A DNA stretch of 64,000 nt from NCBI GenBank assembly GCA_965204725.1, contig OZ242005.1, positions 704,001-768,000 of the forward strand, in the 5' to 3' direction. Below the pieces are notes generated by a model that did no database searches, was not told the DNA's origin, and saw only the letters and a list, made by a program, of their open reading frames with translations. The stretch comes from Candidatus Latescibacterota bacterium. Lineage in GTDB: Bacteria; Latescibacterota; UBA2968; UBA8231. Shown piece by piece: positions 1 to 9,473 of this stretch. Every line of letters begins with the position of its first letter. Positions within the stretch are counted from its first letter, which is position 1. A program made the position numbers and the translations under genes.

Positions 1-12
1 CTGCTGGACAAG

Positions 13-789
13 GTGTTCGGCGTCTCCGCGGACAAGGACCAACCATCGCGGTCGATCCATCTCGCAGACTGGCTCTTGCGCGGCGGCTTTCCCGAGCCGC
101 GGGTCAACCCGCAGGTAGATCGACAACTCTGGTTTGGCAGCTATGTCCAAACCTACCTCGAACGCAACGTGCGCAACCTAGCCCAGATCGCCGACTTGGG
201 CGCTTTTACCCGCTTCCTCATGATCGTTGGCGCCCGCACCGGCACCACGCTCAACATGACCGAACTCAGCCGCGAAGTCGGCGTCAGCAACCCGACGATC
301 AAGCGCTGGCTTTCCGTGCTGGAGACCAGCCAGATCATTTACCTACTACCCCCCTACTACCGCAACTTGGGCAAACGCCTACGCAAAAGCCCCAAGCTCT
401 ACCTGATTGACTCTGGCTTGGCGACTTTCTTCCTCGGCCTCCACACACCCGAATCGGTGATCCAAGGCCCCAGTCTAGGGGCACTCGTAGAAACGGCCGT
501 CGTGGGCGAGTGGCTAAAAACCTGTCGGCAACAGGGCGAAAAACCGAACCTGTACTATTGGCAATCGAACACCATCGCCGAAGTCGATCTCGTCATTGAG
601 CGCGGCGGAGTACTCTACGGCATCGAGGTCAAGGCTACGGCCACTCCCACGCCAAACCACGCTGCGGGCCTCGCACGCTGGCTCAGTCTCGTCGGCTCGC
701 AAGCACACGGCGTCCTAGCCTGCCGCGTCGATGCGCCCCACGCTTTGCGACCGGGCATTCGCGCCGTTCCTTGGCACCTTGCTTGGTAG
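13..789 (+). CDS. AAA-family ATP-binding protein with C-terminal DUF4143 domain (5' part outside window)
   Basis: GGFP, YLERNVR, KSPKLYLIDSGL and EVDLVI...GIEVK motifs typical of AAA_14/DUF4143 proteins; frame probably begins before the window. Confidence 0.85.
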   Translation: MFGVSADKDQPSRSIHLADWLLRGGFPEPRVNPQVDRQLWFGSYVQTYLERNVRNLAQIADLGAFTRFLMIVGARTGTTLNMTELSREVGVSNPTIKRWLSVLETSQIIYLLPPYYRNLGKRLRKSPKLYLIDSGLATFFLGLHTPESVIQGPSLGALVETAVVGEWLKTCRQQGEKPNLYYWQSNTIAEVDLVIERGGVLYGIEVKATATPTPNHAAGLARWLSLVGSQAHGVLACRVDAPHALRPGIRAVPWHLAW

Positions 790-831
790 CTCTTCTTCCT
801 TGACAGCACCTCTGTAAGGGCTTCTTATCGT
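737..831 (+). repeat. ~95 bp direct repeat, copy 1 (3' end of AAA gene plus downstream TTGACA region)
   Basis: Near-identical to 5257-5351; about 8 mismatches, all transitions. Confidence 0.9.
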
Positions 832-901
832 GTTGGTGGGCAAAGAGGCCAAGCAGCATCTCAGTTGACGCGCTGAACGCCCTATTGCGAGGAGGTATCC
901 G

Positions 902-2977
902 ATGATACGCTCGATTGCCGCCGCATTCACAGCAGCATGGTTGATCTTTGGAGCGCAAAGCGGCTACGGACAGCCGCCGCTTGAAGAGGGCAAGATATAC
1001 TGGACAGCCTCGGCGTCGGGCATCCACCGCTCTAGCTTGGATGGCTCCAATGTCGAACGGCTCGTCACTCCAGATTTGAGGGCGCCAGACAAGATCGCTC
1101 TCGATGTAGCAGGGGGGAAGATATACTGGACGGACATAGAGATGGCTGGCATCCATCGGTCCGACCTAGACGGCTCCAACACCGAAACTCTCGTGGAAGG
1201 ATATAACCTCTCAAGATCAAGATGGTTCTGGACAATAGACATCACTCTGGATGTAGCAAGAGGCAAAATATACTGGACGACGGAAATCTCACACGGGGAC
1301 TATCTTTCTTTTCTTGTCGAACGGTCCGATCTAGACGGCTCCAACGTCGAAATCCTCTTTGACGGATTGAATGGTATAGGAGACAGTGCTCTGGATCTGG
1401 TCAGAGGCAAAGTGTACTGGACGAACGGATATATCTTTTGGGCCGATCTCGGCGGCCATGATTATGATGCAAAATTTATCCCATCAAGTGCTTCTACAAG
1501 TGCTTATAGCATTGCCCTCGATGTGGACAGCGGCAAAATGTACTGGACTAATCCGGGCGCTCAGACAATCCAGCGAGCCGACCTCAACGGCCAAAACATC
1601 GAAGAGACCCTCACGGTATCAGATGGCTATCCCCAAGAAATCATCCTCCTCGATGTGGACGGTGGCAAACTATACTGGACCAATCCGGGCACTCAGACGA
1701 TTCAGCGGGCTGGCCTCAACGGCCAAAACGCCGAACACTTCTTCGACTTAGGCCAACTCCATCTCACGGGATCGCTAGCAGACATCGCCCTCGATTTAGA
1801 CGGGGGCAAGATATATTGGACGGACTCTGAGACAGGGGATCGGAGCGACTGGGCGACAGGGACGATTCAGCGAGCGGACTTGGATGGCCAAAACCGCGAA
1901 GTCCTATTCGATCCAATCGTGCGAAGACCACACGGCATTGCCCTCGATGTGGACAAAATGTACTGGAGCGACTCGAAATCGGGTTCCATCCAACGGGCTA
2001 ACCTCGATGGCTCAGGCATGGAAGTTCTCGTAACCGGATTGGATGAGCCGATGGGCATTGCCTTGACAGCCGGGCGCAAAATCTATTGGGCTGACTCGGG
2101 AACAGGGAAAATTCAGGCGGCAAACAGGGATGGCTCCAACGTCAAAGATATCCTTACAGGTTTGAGCTATCCCCGAGATATTGCCCTTGATGCAGTCCGG
2201 GGCAAGATGTACTGGAGGGAGTTCTACTTCAAAGAAAGGGTGGAGCACACCATTCAGCGAGCGGACTTGGATGGGTCCAATGTCGAAGCAGTCGTCCCGA
2301 AGTTGGCTTCAACTAGCTACGGGGGAGACGTCGCTCTCGATGAACTAGCGGGTAAGCTCTACTGGATATACCCAGATGGTAAAGCGATTCAACGAGCGGA
2401 CTTAGATGGGTCCAACATCGAAGATATCGCCACTATTCCTCAAGGTGCGTGGAATTACTACACAGCCTTCGCTCTGGACCCAATCGGAAACAAACTATAC
2501 TGGTCAATCTTGTACGAAACAAATAAGGTAGGAGGATGGGGTGTCATGGTATGGGCGGAAGAAATCTTCCGGTCCAACTTGGACGGCTCCAACGTTGAGC
2601 AAATAGGGAAAGTGCCTATAGGGAGTCCAACGGACATCGCCCTATACATCCCCCACCCGACCTCAATCTCAACGCCCAGCACCACGCCGGCGATACCAAC
2701 CACCAGCGGCCTAGACCCTAATTTCCCCAACCCCTTCAACGCCCACACCCAGATCGCCTACCGCCTCGCCGCGCCCGGTCCGGTGCGCCTAGCAATCTAC
2801 AACGTCTTAGGCCAGCCCGTGCGTGTGCTAGTGAACCAGTTCCAGCCTGCCGGTTTCTACCAAGTCCCTTGGGACGCCCGCGACCAACAGGGCACTGCGC
2901 TGGCGGTCGGTGTCTATCTCACGCGCCTGCGCCACCCCGATGGAACGCAGACCCGGCGATTGCTCTATCTCAAGTAG
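902..2977 (+). CDS. Secreted YWTD/LDL-receptor class B beta-propeller repeat protein with C-terminal FlgD-Ig/T9SS-like sorting domain
   Basis: Signal peptide; many IALD..GKIYWTD / RADLDGSN repeats; C-terminal PNFPNPFN...WDARD...LLYLK; GGAGG RBS. Confidence 0.9.
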   Translation: MIRSIAAAFTAAWLIFGAQSGYGQPPLEEGKIYWTASASGIHRSSLDGSNVERLVTPDLRAPDKIALDVAGGKIYWTDIEMAGIHRSDLDGSNTETLVEGYNLSRSRWFWTIDITLDVARGKIYWTTEISHGDYLSFLVERSDLDGSNVEILFDGLNGIGDSALDLVRGKVYWTNGYIFWADLGGHDYDAKFIPSSASTSAYSIALDVDSGKMYWTNPGAQTIQRADLNGQNIEETLTVSDGYPQEIILLDVDGGKLYWTNPGTQTIQRAGLNGQNAEHFFDLGQLHLTGSLADIALDLDGGKIYWTDSETGDRSDWATGTIQRADLDGQNREVLFDPIVRRPHGIALDVDKMYWSDSKSGSIQRANLDGSGMEVLVTGLDEPMGIALTAGRKIYWADSGTGKIQAANRDGSNVKDILTGLSYPRDIALDAVRGKMYWREFYFKERVEHTIQRADLDGSNVEAVVPKLASTSYGGDVALDELAGKLYWIYPDGKAIQRADLDGSNIEDIATIPQGAWNYYTAFALDPIGNKLYWSILYETNKVGGWGVMVWAEEIFRSNLDGSNVEQIGKVPIGSPTDIALYIPHPTSISTPSTTPAIPTTSGLDPNFPNPFNAHTQIAYRLAAPGPVRLAIYNVLGQPVRVLVNQFQPAGFYQVPWDARDQQGTALAVGVYLTRLRHPDGTQTRRLLYLK

Positions 2978-3031
2978 CCAGCCGAAAGCCTCAGTTGACG
3001 CGCTGAATGGCCTGTTGCGAGGAGGTATCCG

Positions 3032-5083
3032 ATGATACGCTCAATTGCCAACCGGAAAGCAATTGCCGCCGCATTCACAGCGGCATGGTTGATCTTGGGA
3101 GCGCAAAGCGGCTACGGACAGCCGCCGCTTGAGGAGGGGAAGATATACTGGACGAACTCGGAGTGGGGCATCTATCGATCTAGCTTGGATGGCTCAACTG
3201 TCGAACCGCTCGTCATCCCGGATTTGAGGGGGCCAGGAAAAATCGCTCTCGATGTAGCAGGGGGGAAGATATACTGGACGGACAGAGAGTTGGATGGCAT
3301 CCATCGGTCCGACCTAGATGGCTCCAACACCGAAACCCTTGTGGAAGGATATGGCCCCCCAGGATGGGCTTGGATAATAGACATCACTCTGGATGTAGCA
3401 AGAGGGAAAATATACTGGACGACGGAAATCTCACACGGGGACTATAATTCTTTTCTCGTCGAACGGTCCGATCTAGACGGCTCCAACGCCGAAACCCTCT
3501 TTTCTGAATTGAATGGTATAAGAGATAGTGCCCTAGATCTGGTCAGAGGCAAAGTGTACTGGGCGTGGACAGTCGGAACTATTGCTTGGGCCGATTTCGG
3601 CGGCCATTTTCAGGATGCAAAATATATCCCATCAAGTGCTTCTAGTATTGCCCTCGACGTGGACGGTGGCAAAATGTACTGGACCAATCCAGACACCCAG
3701 ACAATCCAGCGAGCCGATCTCAACGGCCAAAACATCGAAGAGACCCTCACGGTATCAGATGGCTATCCCGAAGAAATCATCCTCCTTGATGTGGACAGCG
3801 GCAAAATGTACTGGACCAATCCGGGCACTCAGGCGATTCAGCGGGCCGACCTCAACGGCCAAAACGCCGAACACTTCTTCGACTTAGGCCAACTCCATCT
3901 TACAGGACAGCTAGCAGACATCGCCCTCGATTTAGACGGAGGCAAGGTATATTGGACGGACTCTGAGACAGAGCAGAACGACTGGGGGACAGGGACGATT
4001 CAGCGGGCGGACTTGGACGGCCAAAACCGCGAGGTTTTGTTCGACCCAATCGTGAGAAGACCATACGGCATTGCCCTCGATGTGGACAAAATGTACTGGA
4101 GCGACTCGATAGCGGGTTCCATCCAACGGGCCAACCTCGACGGCTCAAGCATGGAAGTTCTCGTCACCGGATTGGATGAGCCGACAGGCATTGCCTTGAC
4201 AGCCGGGAACAAAATCTACTGGGCCGACTCGGGAACAGGGAAAATTCAGGCGGCGGACTTGGACGGTTCACAGGTCGAGGATATCGTCACCGGATTGGAT
4301 CGTCCATGCGCCATCGCCTTAGACCGGGGCCGTTCTAAAATTTATTGGTCGGAATGGGAGACGATTCAACGGGCCAACCTCAATGGCTCGCAGGTCGAAG
4401 AAATCGCATCAGTGGACAGCTGGCCCCCTCTAGCGGCTATCGCCTTGGACGAGGATAGTTCCAAAATTTACTGGTCGGACGAATCCGTCATTTTCCGCGC
4501 CAACTTGGATGGCTCACATACCGAAAGGTTCAATGTCCTTGATTGGACACATTCGATAAAAGCCCTCGCCTTATATCCCGTTGGAAGAAGGATATACTGG
4601 ACGAGCTTGTTCCGGCCGCCCTCCATCGATTGGAATGCTCCTGCACCAGTGTATTCGCAAATTTTCCGCTCTAACTTGGATGGTTCCAATGTCGAGCGAA
4701 TCCAATCCATGAATACATGGTGGCACTGGGGCCCCACCGGCATCGCCCTATACATCCCCCACCCAACCTCGATCTCAACGCCCAGCACCACGCCAGCGAT
4801 ACCAACCACCAGCGGCCTAGACCCCAATTTCCCCAACCCCTTCAACGCCCACACCCAGATCGCCTACCGCCTCGCCACCCCCGGCCCGGTGCGCCTAGCA
4901 ATCTACAACGTCTTGGGCCAACCCGTGCGTGTGCTGGTAAACCAGTTCCAGCCCGCCGGCTTCTACCAAGTCCCTTGGGACGCCCGCGACCAACAGGGCA
5001 CTGCGCTGGCGGCCGGCGTCTATCTCACGCGCCTGCGCTATCCCGATGGAGCGCAGACCCGGCGGTTGCTCTATCTCAAGTAG
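3032..5083 (+). CDS. Tandem paralogue YWTD/LDLR-B repeat protein with FlgD-Ig/T9SS-like CTD
   Basis: Same architecture and near-identical leader and CTD DNA as 902-2977. Confidence 0.9.
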   Translation: MIRSIANRKAIAAAFTAAWLILGAQSGYGQPPLEEGKIYWTNSEWGIYRSSLDGSTVEPLVIPDLRGPGKIALDVAGGKIYWTDRELDGIHRSDLDGSNTETLVEGYGPPGWAWIIDITLDVARGKIYWTTEISHGDYNSFLVERSDLDGSNAETLFSELNGIRDSALDLVRGKVYWAWTVGTIAWADFGGHFQDAKYIPSSASSIALDVDGGKMYWTNPDTQTIQRADLNGQNIEETLTVSDGYPEEIILLDVDSGKMYWTNPGTQAIQRADLNGQNAEHFFDLGQLHLTGQLADIALDLDGGKVYWTDSETEQNDWGTGTIQRADLDGQNREVLFDPIVRRPYGIALDVDKMYWSDSIAGSIQRANLDGSSMEVLVTGLDEPTGIALTAGNKIYWADSGTGKIQAADLDGSQVEDIVTGLDRPCAIALDRGRSKIYWSEWETIQRANLNGSQVEEIASVDSWPPLAAIALDEDSSKIYWSDESVIFRANLDGSHTERFNVLDWTHSIKALALYPVGRRIYWTSLFRPPSIDWNAPAPVYSQIFRSNLDGSNVERIQSMNTWWHWGPTGIALYIPHPTSISTPSTTPAIPTTSGLDPNFPNPFNAHTQIAYRLATPGPVRLAIYNVLGQPVRVLVNQFQPAGFYQVPWDARDQQGTALAAGVYLTRLRYPDGAQTRRLLYLK

Positions 5084-5099
5084 CCAGCCGAAAGCGACG

Positions 5100-5192
5100 C
5101 CTTCTCTGCTGTTGCCGCTGCGTCCGGGATCGAGGGCGTCCCGCCCTCGACGAGGGCAAGATGCCCTCGACCATTTGGAAGATTGACCGCTG
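5100..5192 (+). repeat. Dispersed REP-like palindromic repeat family A (GAGGGC-N5-GCCCTC hairpins), double-hairpin copy
   Basis: GTTGCCGCTGCGTCCGGGATCGAGGGCGTCCCGCCCTCGA-CGAGGGCAAGATGCCCTCGA; related copies at ~21947, ~55601 and ~62982. Confidence 0.8.
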
Positions 5193-5256
5193 CGCCGAGA
5201 ATTCGGCCCTTCCCATCGCTACCTCTCGCTCGAACGCCCCGATGTCCGGGCGCGTG

Positions 5257-5351
5257 CCCACGCTTTGCGACCGGGCATTCGCGCCGTCCCTTGGCACCTT
5301 ACTTGGTAGCTCTCCTCCCTTGACAGCACCTTCGTAAAGACTTCTTATCGT
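5257..5351 (+). repeat. ~95 bp direct repeat, copy 2
   Basis: Matches 737-831. Confidence 0.9.
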
Positions 5352-5400
5352 TCTGCTCCGTACGCACTGCCGCGGCGGAGAACAGCAAGGAGCACGAGCA

Positions 5401-6201
5401 ATGGAACGAGCAATGACCGAGCGCGAGATCGAGGCCGTCCTGCGGGAGGTTACAGACGAGGAGGTCACCTTCTACCACGAATACGGCTGGGTTATGATGC
5501 CGCGGCTCGTCGCTCCAGAGTTCGCCGCCGAGCTCCTGCGCGTCGGACGGGAGTGGGCCGAGCGCAACCGCGAGGAGATTGGCCCCGGCAAGCCGGTCGC
5601 CGGCCTCGCTCGGAACCAAGAGACCGAACCGTTTCGTTCATTCATGTTCAGCGAGCGCATGGCGCAAAACGCGACCCGCCTCGTCAACAGAAAGCGGCTC
5701 AAGGGCGTGGATGTTCCGCTCCGCTACCGCATAGATCTCCTCCTAAACAGGCGTCCCGGAGCAGCCGGGTCCACCTATCACCAAGACTCGTCCGAGCATG
5801 GCTCCGACCGGGTCGGCGAGCTCCAGTTCTGGCTCGCGCTGGCAGAAGTCCCCCCCGAGAGGGGTGCCATGCGGTTCGTCAGCCGCTCCCACCGCGAAGG
5901 GCCGCTCGGCTCGGTGTTCAACGACGACCAAGGCGATCTGCTCAAGCAGTTCCCGAATCTTACGTCCGTGCTCGAACTCTCGCCGCCCTTGCACTACCAA
6001 CCGGGCGACTGCACTGTGCATCACGGCTACACCGTCCACGGAGGCCCGGCCAACACCACCGACGAGCCGCGCTGGTCGTACCTGTTCTCGTACAGCCCGG
6101 CCGACACCCGCTACTGGAACGGCAGCGCCAGCAACTGGGGCAGCGAGCGAAAGCGCTTGGGCGACTCGCACAATCCCATCGTATCCGAGGCCAGCCCATG
6201 A
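5401..6201 (+). CDS. Phytanoyl-CoA dioxygenase (PhyH) family Fe(II)/2OG oxygenase
   Basis: HQD motif, WLAL...GAMRFV..SH, PGDCTVHHGYTVHGG..N...R. Confidence 0.85.
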   Translation: MERAMTEREIEAVLREVTDEEVTFYHEYGWVMMPRLVAPEFAAELLRVGREWAERNREEIGPGKPVAGLARNQETEPFRSFMFSERMAQNATRLVNRKRLKGVDVPLRYRIDLLLNRRPGAAGSTYHQDSSEHGSDRVGELQFWLALAEVPPERGAMRFVSRSHREGPLGSVFNDDQGDLLKQFPNLTSVLELSPPLHYQPGDCTVHHGYTVHGGPANTTDEPRWSYLFSYSPADTRYWNGSASNWGSERKRLGDSHNPIVSEASP

Positions 6202-6923
6202 ACCTCAAAGGGCACATCGCGGTCGTCACCGGCGCCAGCCGCGGCATCGGGCGGGCCATCGCAGACGCGCTAAAGGCGCACGGCCTAGCCGTTGCAACCG
6301 TCGCACGTCGCTCGGCGCAATTTGCGGCCGATGTCTCGGACCCGGCCGATGTGGACCGCCTCAAAACCGCGGTCGAAGCCGAGCTCGGCCGGCCCACTGT
6401 TCTCGTCAATGCCGCCGGGGTCTTCGGCCCGATCTCCCTCGTACAGGACAGCGACCCCGCCAAATGGGTCGAAACGCTTATGATTGATGCGGTAGGCCCC
6501 TATCTCGTATCCCGCGCCTTCCTAAGCGGCATGCTGGACGCAGGATGGGGCCGGATCGTCAGCCTTTCGTCTGCGGCGTCGCTGCACCCGCCCGGACCGC
6601 TAAACAGTGCCTACGGCACGGCCAAGGTCGCGCTCAACCAATTCACCCGACACCTTGCGGCCGAGCTAGCGGGGACGGGCGTCACCGCCAACGTCATCCA
6701 TCCCGGCGACGTCAAGACCGCAATGTGGGCAGATATTCGCGACAAAAAGGACGCCATCGGCGAAAGCGGCTACGACCGCTGGGTGGCGTGGGTGGAGAAA
6801 ACAGGTGGGGACCCGCCGGAGAAGGCGGCCCAACTCGTGCTCGACATCCTCGCAAGCGACATCAACGGACGCTTTCTCTGGATCGACGATCCGCTTCAGA
6901 CGCCGATCCCGAGCTGGGATTAG
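6198..6923 (+). CDS. SDR family NAD(P)-dependent oxidoreductase
   Basis: TGASRGIG, VNAAG, YGTAK; ATG overlaps the upstream stop (ATGA). Confidence 0.9.
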   Translation: MNLKGHIAVVTGASRGIGRAIADALKAHGLAVATVARRSAQFAADVSDPADVDRLKTAVEAELGRPTVLVNAAGVFGPISLVQDSDPAKWVETLMIDAVGPYLVSRAFLSGMLDAGWGRIVSLSSAASLHPPGPLNSAYGTAKVALNQFTRHLAAELAGTGVTANVIHPGDVKTAMWADIRDKKDAIGESGYDRWVAWVEKTGGDPPEKAAQLVLDILASDINGRFLWIDDPLQTPIPSWD

Positions 6924-6947
6924 GACAGCGTAAGTAGGAGCAGTGCG

Positions 6948-7089
6948 GATCGATCTCAGAGGCTGTCTGAAAACCCACCTTGGGGCCTGTTGAACACGCC
7001 GTAGAGACAGGATCCGTCATTCCCGCGCAAGAACGTCACCCCGTGCCCCGACACGGGGCGGGAATCCAGCCGGGATCGTTTAGACGCAA
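6948..7089 (+). repeat. Palindromic repeat family B (GTCATTCCCGC...GCGGGAATCC) / MITE-like element with nested hairpin
   Basis: Core 6989-7089 matches 27734-27807; 6948-6974 is an imperfect inverted match to 27813-27839. Confidence 0.75.
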
Positions 7090-7106
7090 AGGACGACCAC
7101 CAGAAC

Positions 7107-8318
7107 ATGACCCCTCACTATCCTTCCCTCTACTTGCGTCCCAACAGCGAGCGCACCGTGCGCAACGGCCATCCTTGGGTCTTTTCCGGTGCGGTTGAAC
7201 GCCCTCCTCGGGACGCCGACACCGGCGATATCGTCGATGTCTTTGACGCGCACGAGCGTTTTGTCTGTCGCGGGTTTTACAATCAACGCTCGCTGATCCG
7301 GGTGCGCAGCCTCACCCAAGACCCCAGCCGCTCCATTGACTCGGCCTTCTTCACTGAGCGCATCGCCCAAGCCATTGCCCTCCGCCGCAGCACCGGCCTA
7401 GCCGCCCACACCAACGCCCTGCGCCTAGTCCACGGCGAAAGCGACGGCCTGCCCGGGCTAATCGCCGACGACTACGCCGACTACCTAGTGGTACAGTTCC
7501 ACACCGCCGGCATGGAAAAGCAACGCCCCGTCATCCTCGACGCGCTCCAATCCCTGCTCGCCCCCCGCAGCCTGTACGAACGCAGCGATGTGGGCACCCG
7601 CCGCGCCGAGGGGCTGGCCGACCGCCCCACCGGCCTGCTCGCCGGCCAAGCACCGCCCGAATTCGTCGAAATCGAAGAGCACGGCACGCGCCTTTACGCC
7701 GATCTCTATCGCGGCCAGAAAACCGGCTTCTTTCTCGACCAGCGCGCCAACCGCTTCTATCTCCAGCAACTCGCCCGTGGCCAGCGCGTGCTCAACCTCT
7801 TTTCCTATTCGAGCGGCTTTTCCGCCCACGCCCTCAAAGGCGGTGCCGCCCGCACCCTCGACGTCGATATATCGCCCCAAGTCGTGCCCGCCGCCCGCCG
7901 CGCCCTCGCGGCCAATCGCCCCCAAGGTGCTCACTCCGACCTCTTGATCGCCGATGTCTTTCCCTTTGTAGAAGAACTAGCCGAGCGCGGCCCCCGCTTC
8001 GATGTCGTCGTCTGCGATCCCCCGTCGCTGATGCGGAAACGCAGCCAGCACAAACAGGCCATGGGCGTCTATACCAAACTCAATCGCAACGCCCTGCGCT
8101 TAATCGCCGATGGCGGCCTGCTGGTGACCGCCTCGTGCTCAGCGCGGATTTCCCAAGAGGACTTTTTCCAAATCGTCCGCCGCGCCGCGGCCGGTGCCCG
8201 GGTCCGCACCCGCCTCCTCGCCTACAACCTGCACCCCGCCGATCACCCAATAGACCCCGCCTTCCCCGACGGCCGCTACCTCAAGTGCATCTTCGCCCGC
8301 GTCCAGCGTCAGTCTTGA
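7107..8318 (+). CDS. rlmI: RlmI-like class I SAM-dependent rRNA methyltransferase
   Basis: N-terminal GHPWVF PUA domain, HGESDGLPGL, GQKTGFFLDQR, VLNLFSY, DPP, YLK. Confidence 0.85.
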   Translation: MTPHYPSLYLRPNSERTVRNGHPWVFSGAVERPPRDADTGDIVDVFDAHERFVCRGFYNQRSLIRVRSLTQDPSRSIDSAFFTERIAQAIALRRSTGLAAHTNALRLVHGESDGLPGLIADDYADYLVVQFHTAGMEKQRPVILDALQSLLAPRSLYERSDVGTRRAEGLADRPTGLLAGQAPPEFVEIEEHGTRLYADLYRGQKTGFFLDQRANRFYLQQLARGQRVLNLFSYSSGFSAHALKGGAARTLDVDISPQVVPAARRALAANRPQGAHSDLLIADVFPFVEELAERGPRFDVVVCDPPSLMRKRSQHKQAMGVYTKLNRNALRLIADGGLLVTASCSARISQEDFFQIVRRAAAGARVRTRLLAYNLHPADHPIDPAFPDGRYLKCIFARVQRQS

Positions 8319-8430
8319 TGCTGCTGGGCGAAAGGCATATCTCCGTTGTAATATGTCAACCTGACAACGAGTGACATCCCTGTAATCTTCTATAACCAAT
8401 AGACAAAACCCTTTACTAAGGAGAACTGAT

Positions 8431-9123
8431 ATGGCTGAACAACAGCACGAAATGGCAAGCCAATCTAGCACCACTGAAGCACCAGCGGGTACGGGAAAGG
8501 AAGGCATCGTGTACTTGCTGACTAACCCCGCTATGGAGGGATATGTAAAAATTGGGATGACTGGAGGTACTTCTGTCCAAGAGGTCAAAAAGCGAATGAA
8601 ACAATTGGACAGCACAGGTGTGCCACGAGCATTTTACTGCGAATATGCAGCCTTGGTTGAAAACTACGAAAAGGTGGAAAGTGCCTTACACGTAGCGTTT
8701 GGCGATTACCGGGTCCGCCGAAATCGAGAATTTTTCGAGGGTATTGATCCATTCCGTGTAAAAGCAATTCTAAAACTACATGAAAAGAAAGATGTAACGC
8801 CAGATCCTGCCGACATGGCTAAGGACACGGGTAAGGATGAGGTAGAACGCCCCTCTAGAGCAGAAAATTTTAAATTCACAATGGCAAAAGTGCCTATTGG
8901 GGCGATTTTAGAGTGGACTGATGACCCGAACATAACTTGCGAAGTCGTGGACGAGAATAATCGCGTTAAATATGGAGAAAAGGAAAGCACCATCTCCGGC
9001 TTGGCAAAAGAGCTCAAGAATATCCCGTCTGCAAGGGGGTCTCTTTATTGGATGTACGAAGGCGAAACCTTGCAAGAACGGCGTGAGCACTTTGAGCGCG
9101 CGGAAGCAAGCGACGATAGCTAG
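8431..9123 (+). CDS. GIY-YIG (T5orf172-like) nuclease family protein
   Basis: GIVYLLTNPAMEGYVKIGMT, TGVP, E..LH..F...RV...REFF; AT-richer than flanks. Confidence 0.85.
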   Translation: MAEQQHEMASQSSTTEAPAGTGKEGIVYLLTNPAMEGYVKIGMTGGTSVQEVKKRMKQLDSTGVPRAFYCEYAALVENYEKVESALHVAFGDYRVRRNREFFEGIDPFRVKAILKLHEKKDVTPDPADMAKDTGKDEVERPSRAENFKFTMAKVPIGAILEWTDDPNITCEVVDENNRVKYGEKESTISGLAKELKNIPSARGSLYWMYEGETLQERREHFERAEASDDS

Positions 9124-9224
9124 CCTCGTCGCCTGCTCTGTCTTCGCGACCAATGCAACGACCTCACACCCCGGTGGATTGATCTGGCACGTCGCGCATA
9201 ATTCGCGAACGCGGAGGGCTAAAA

Positions 9225-9473
9225 ATGGAAGCTACGTCTGTAGAAAAAGAAATTCTCGACGAGATTCATAAATTGGAAAAAGGCCGACAAGCAGAGGTGC
9301 TGGAATTCGTGCGTTCGTTAGCAAAGTCCGAGATGACAGGCGTACCCGGCAAGACGCTGCTGCGCTTTGCCGGCACAATAGATAGAGCAGACTTGGACAA
9401 GATGGCTAAAGCGATCCAAGCCGATTGCGAGAACGTAAATTCCAAGTGGTCGCCCCTTTTCAAGGAGGCCTAG
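9225..9473 (+). CDS. Small DUF2281-like putative antitoxin (no adjacent toxin)
   Basis: L...Q.EVLEFVRSL...GVPGKTLLRFAGTI...D...M..AI...CE pattern recalled from antitoxins that precede PIN toxins. Confidence 0.55.
   Translation: MEATSVEKEILDEIHKLEKGRQAEVLEFVRSLAKSEMTGVPGKTLLRFAGTIDRADLDKMAKAIQADCENVNSKWSPLFKEA

Noticed and set aside
800-831. Canonical sigma70 promoter call within the 95 bp repeat
   Set aside because: TTGACA is present but the best -10 (TATCGT) is 20 nt away, so it is only described as putative
5553-6923. 456-aa ORF as a PhyH-SDR fusion or frameshift
   Set aside because: The upstream part is an off-frame shadow; the SDR has its own ATG at 6198 overlapping the PhyH stop
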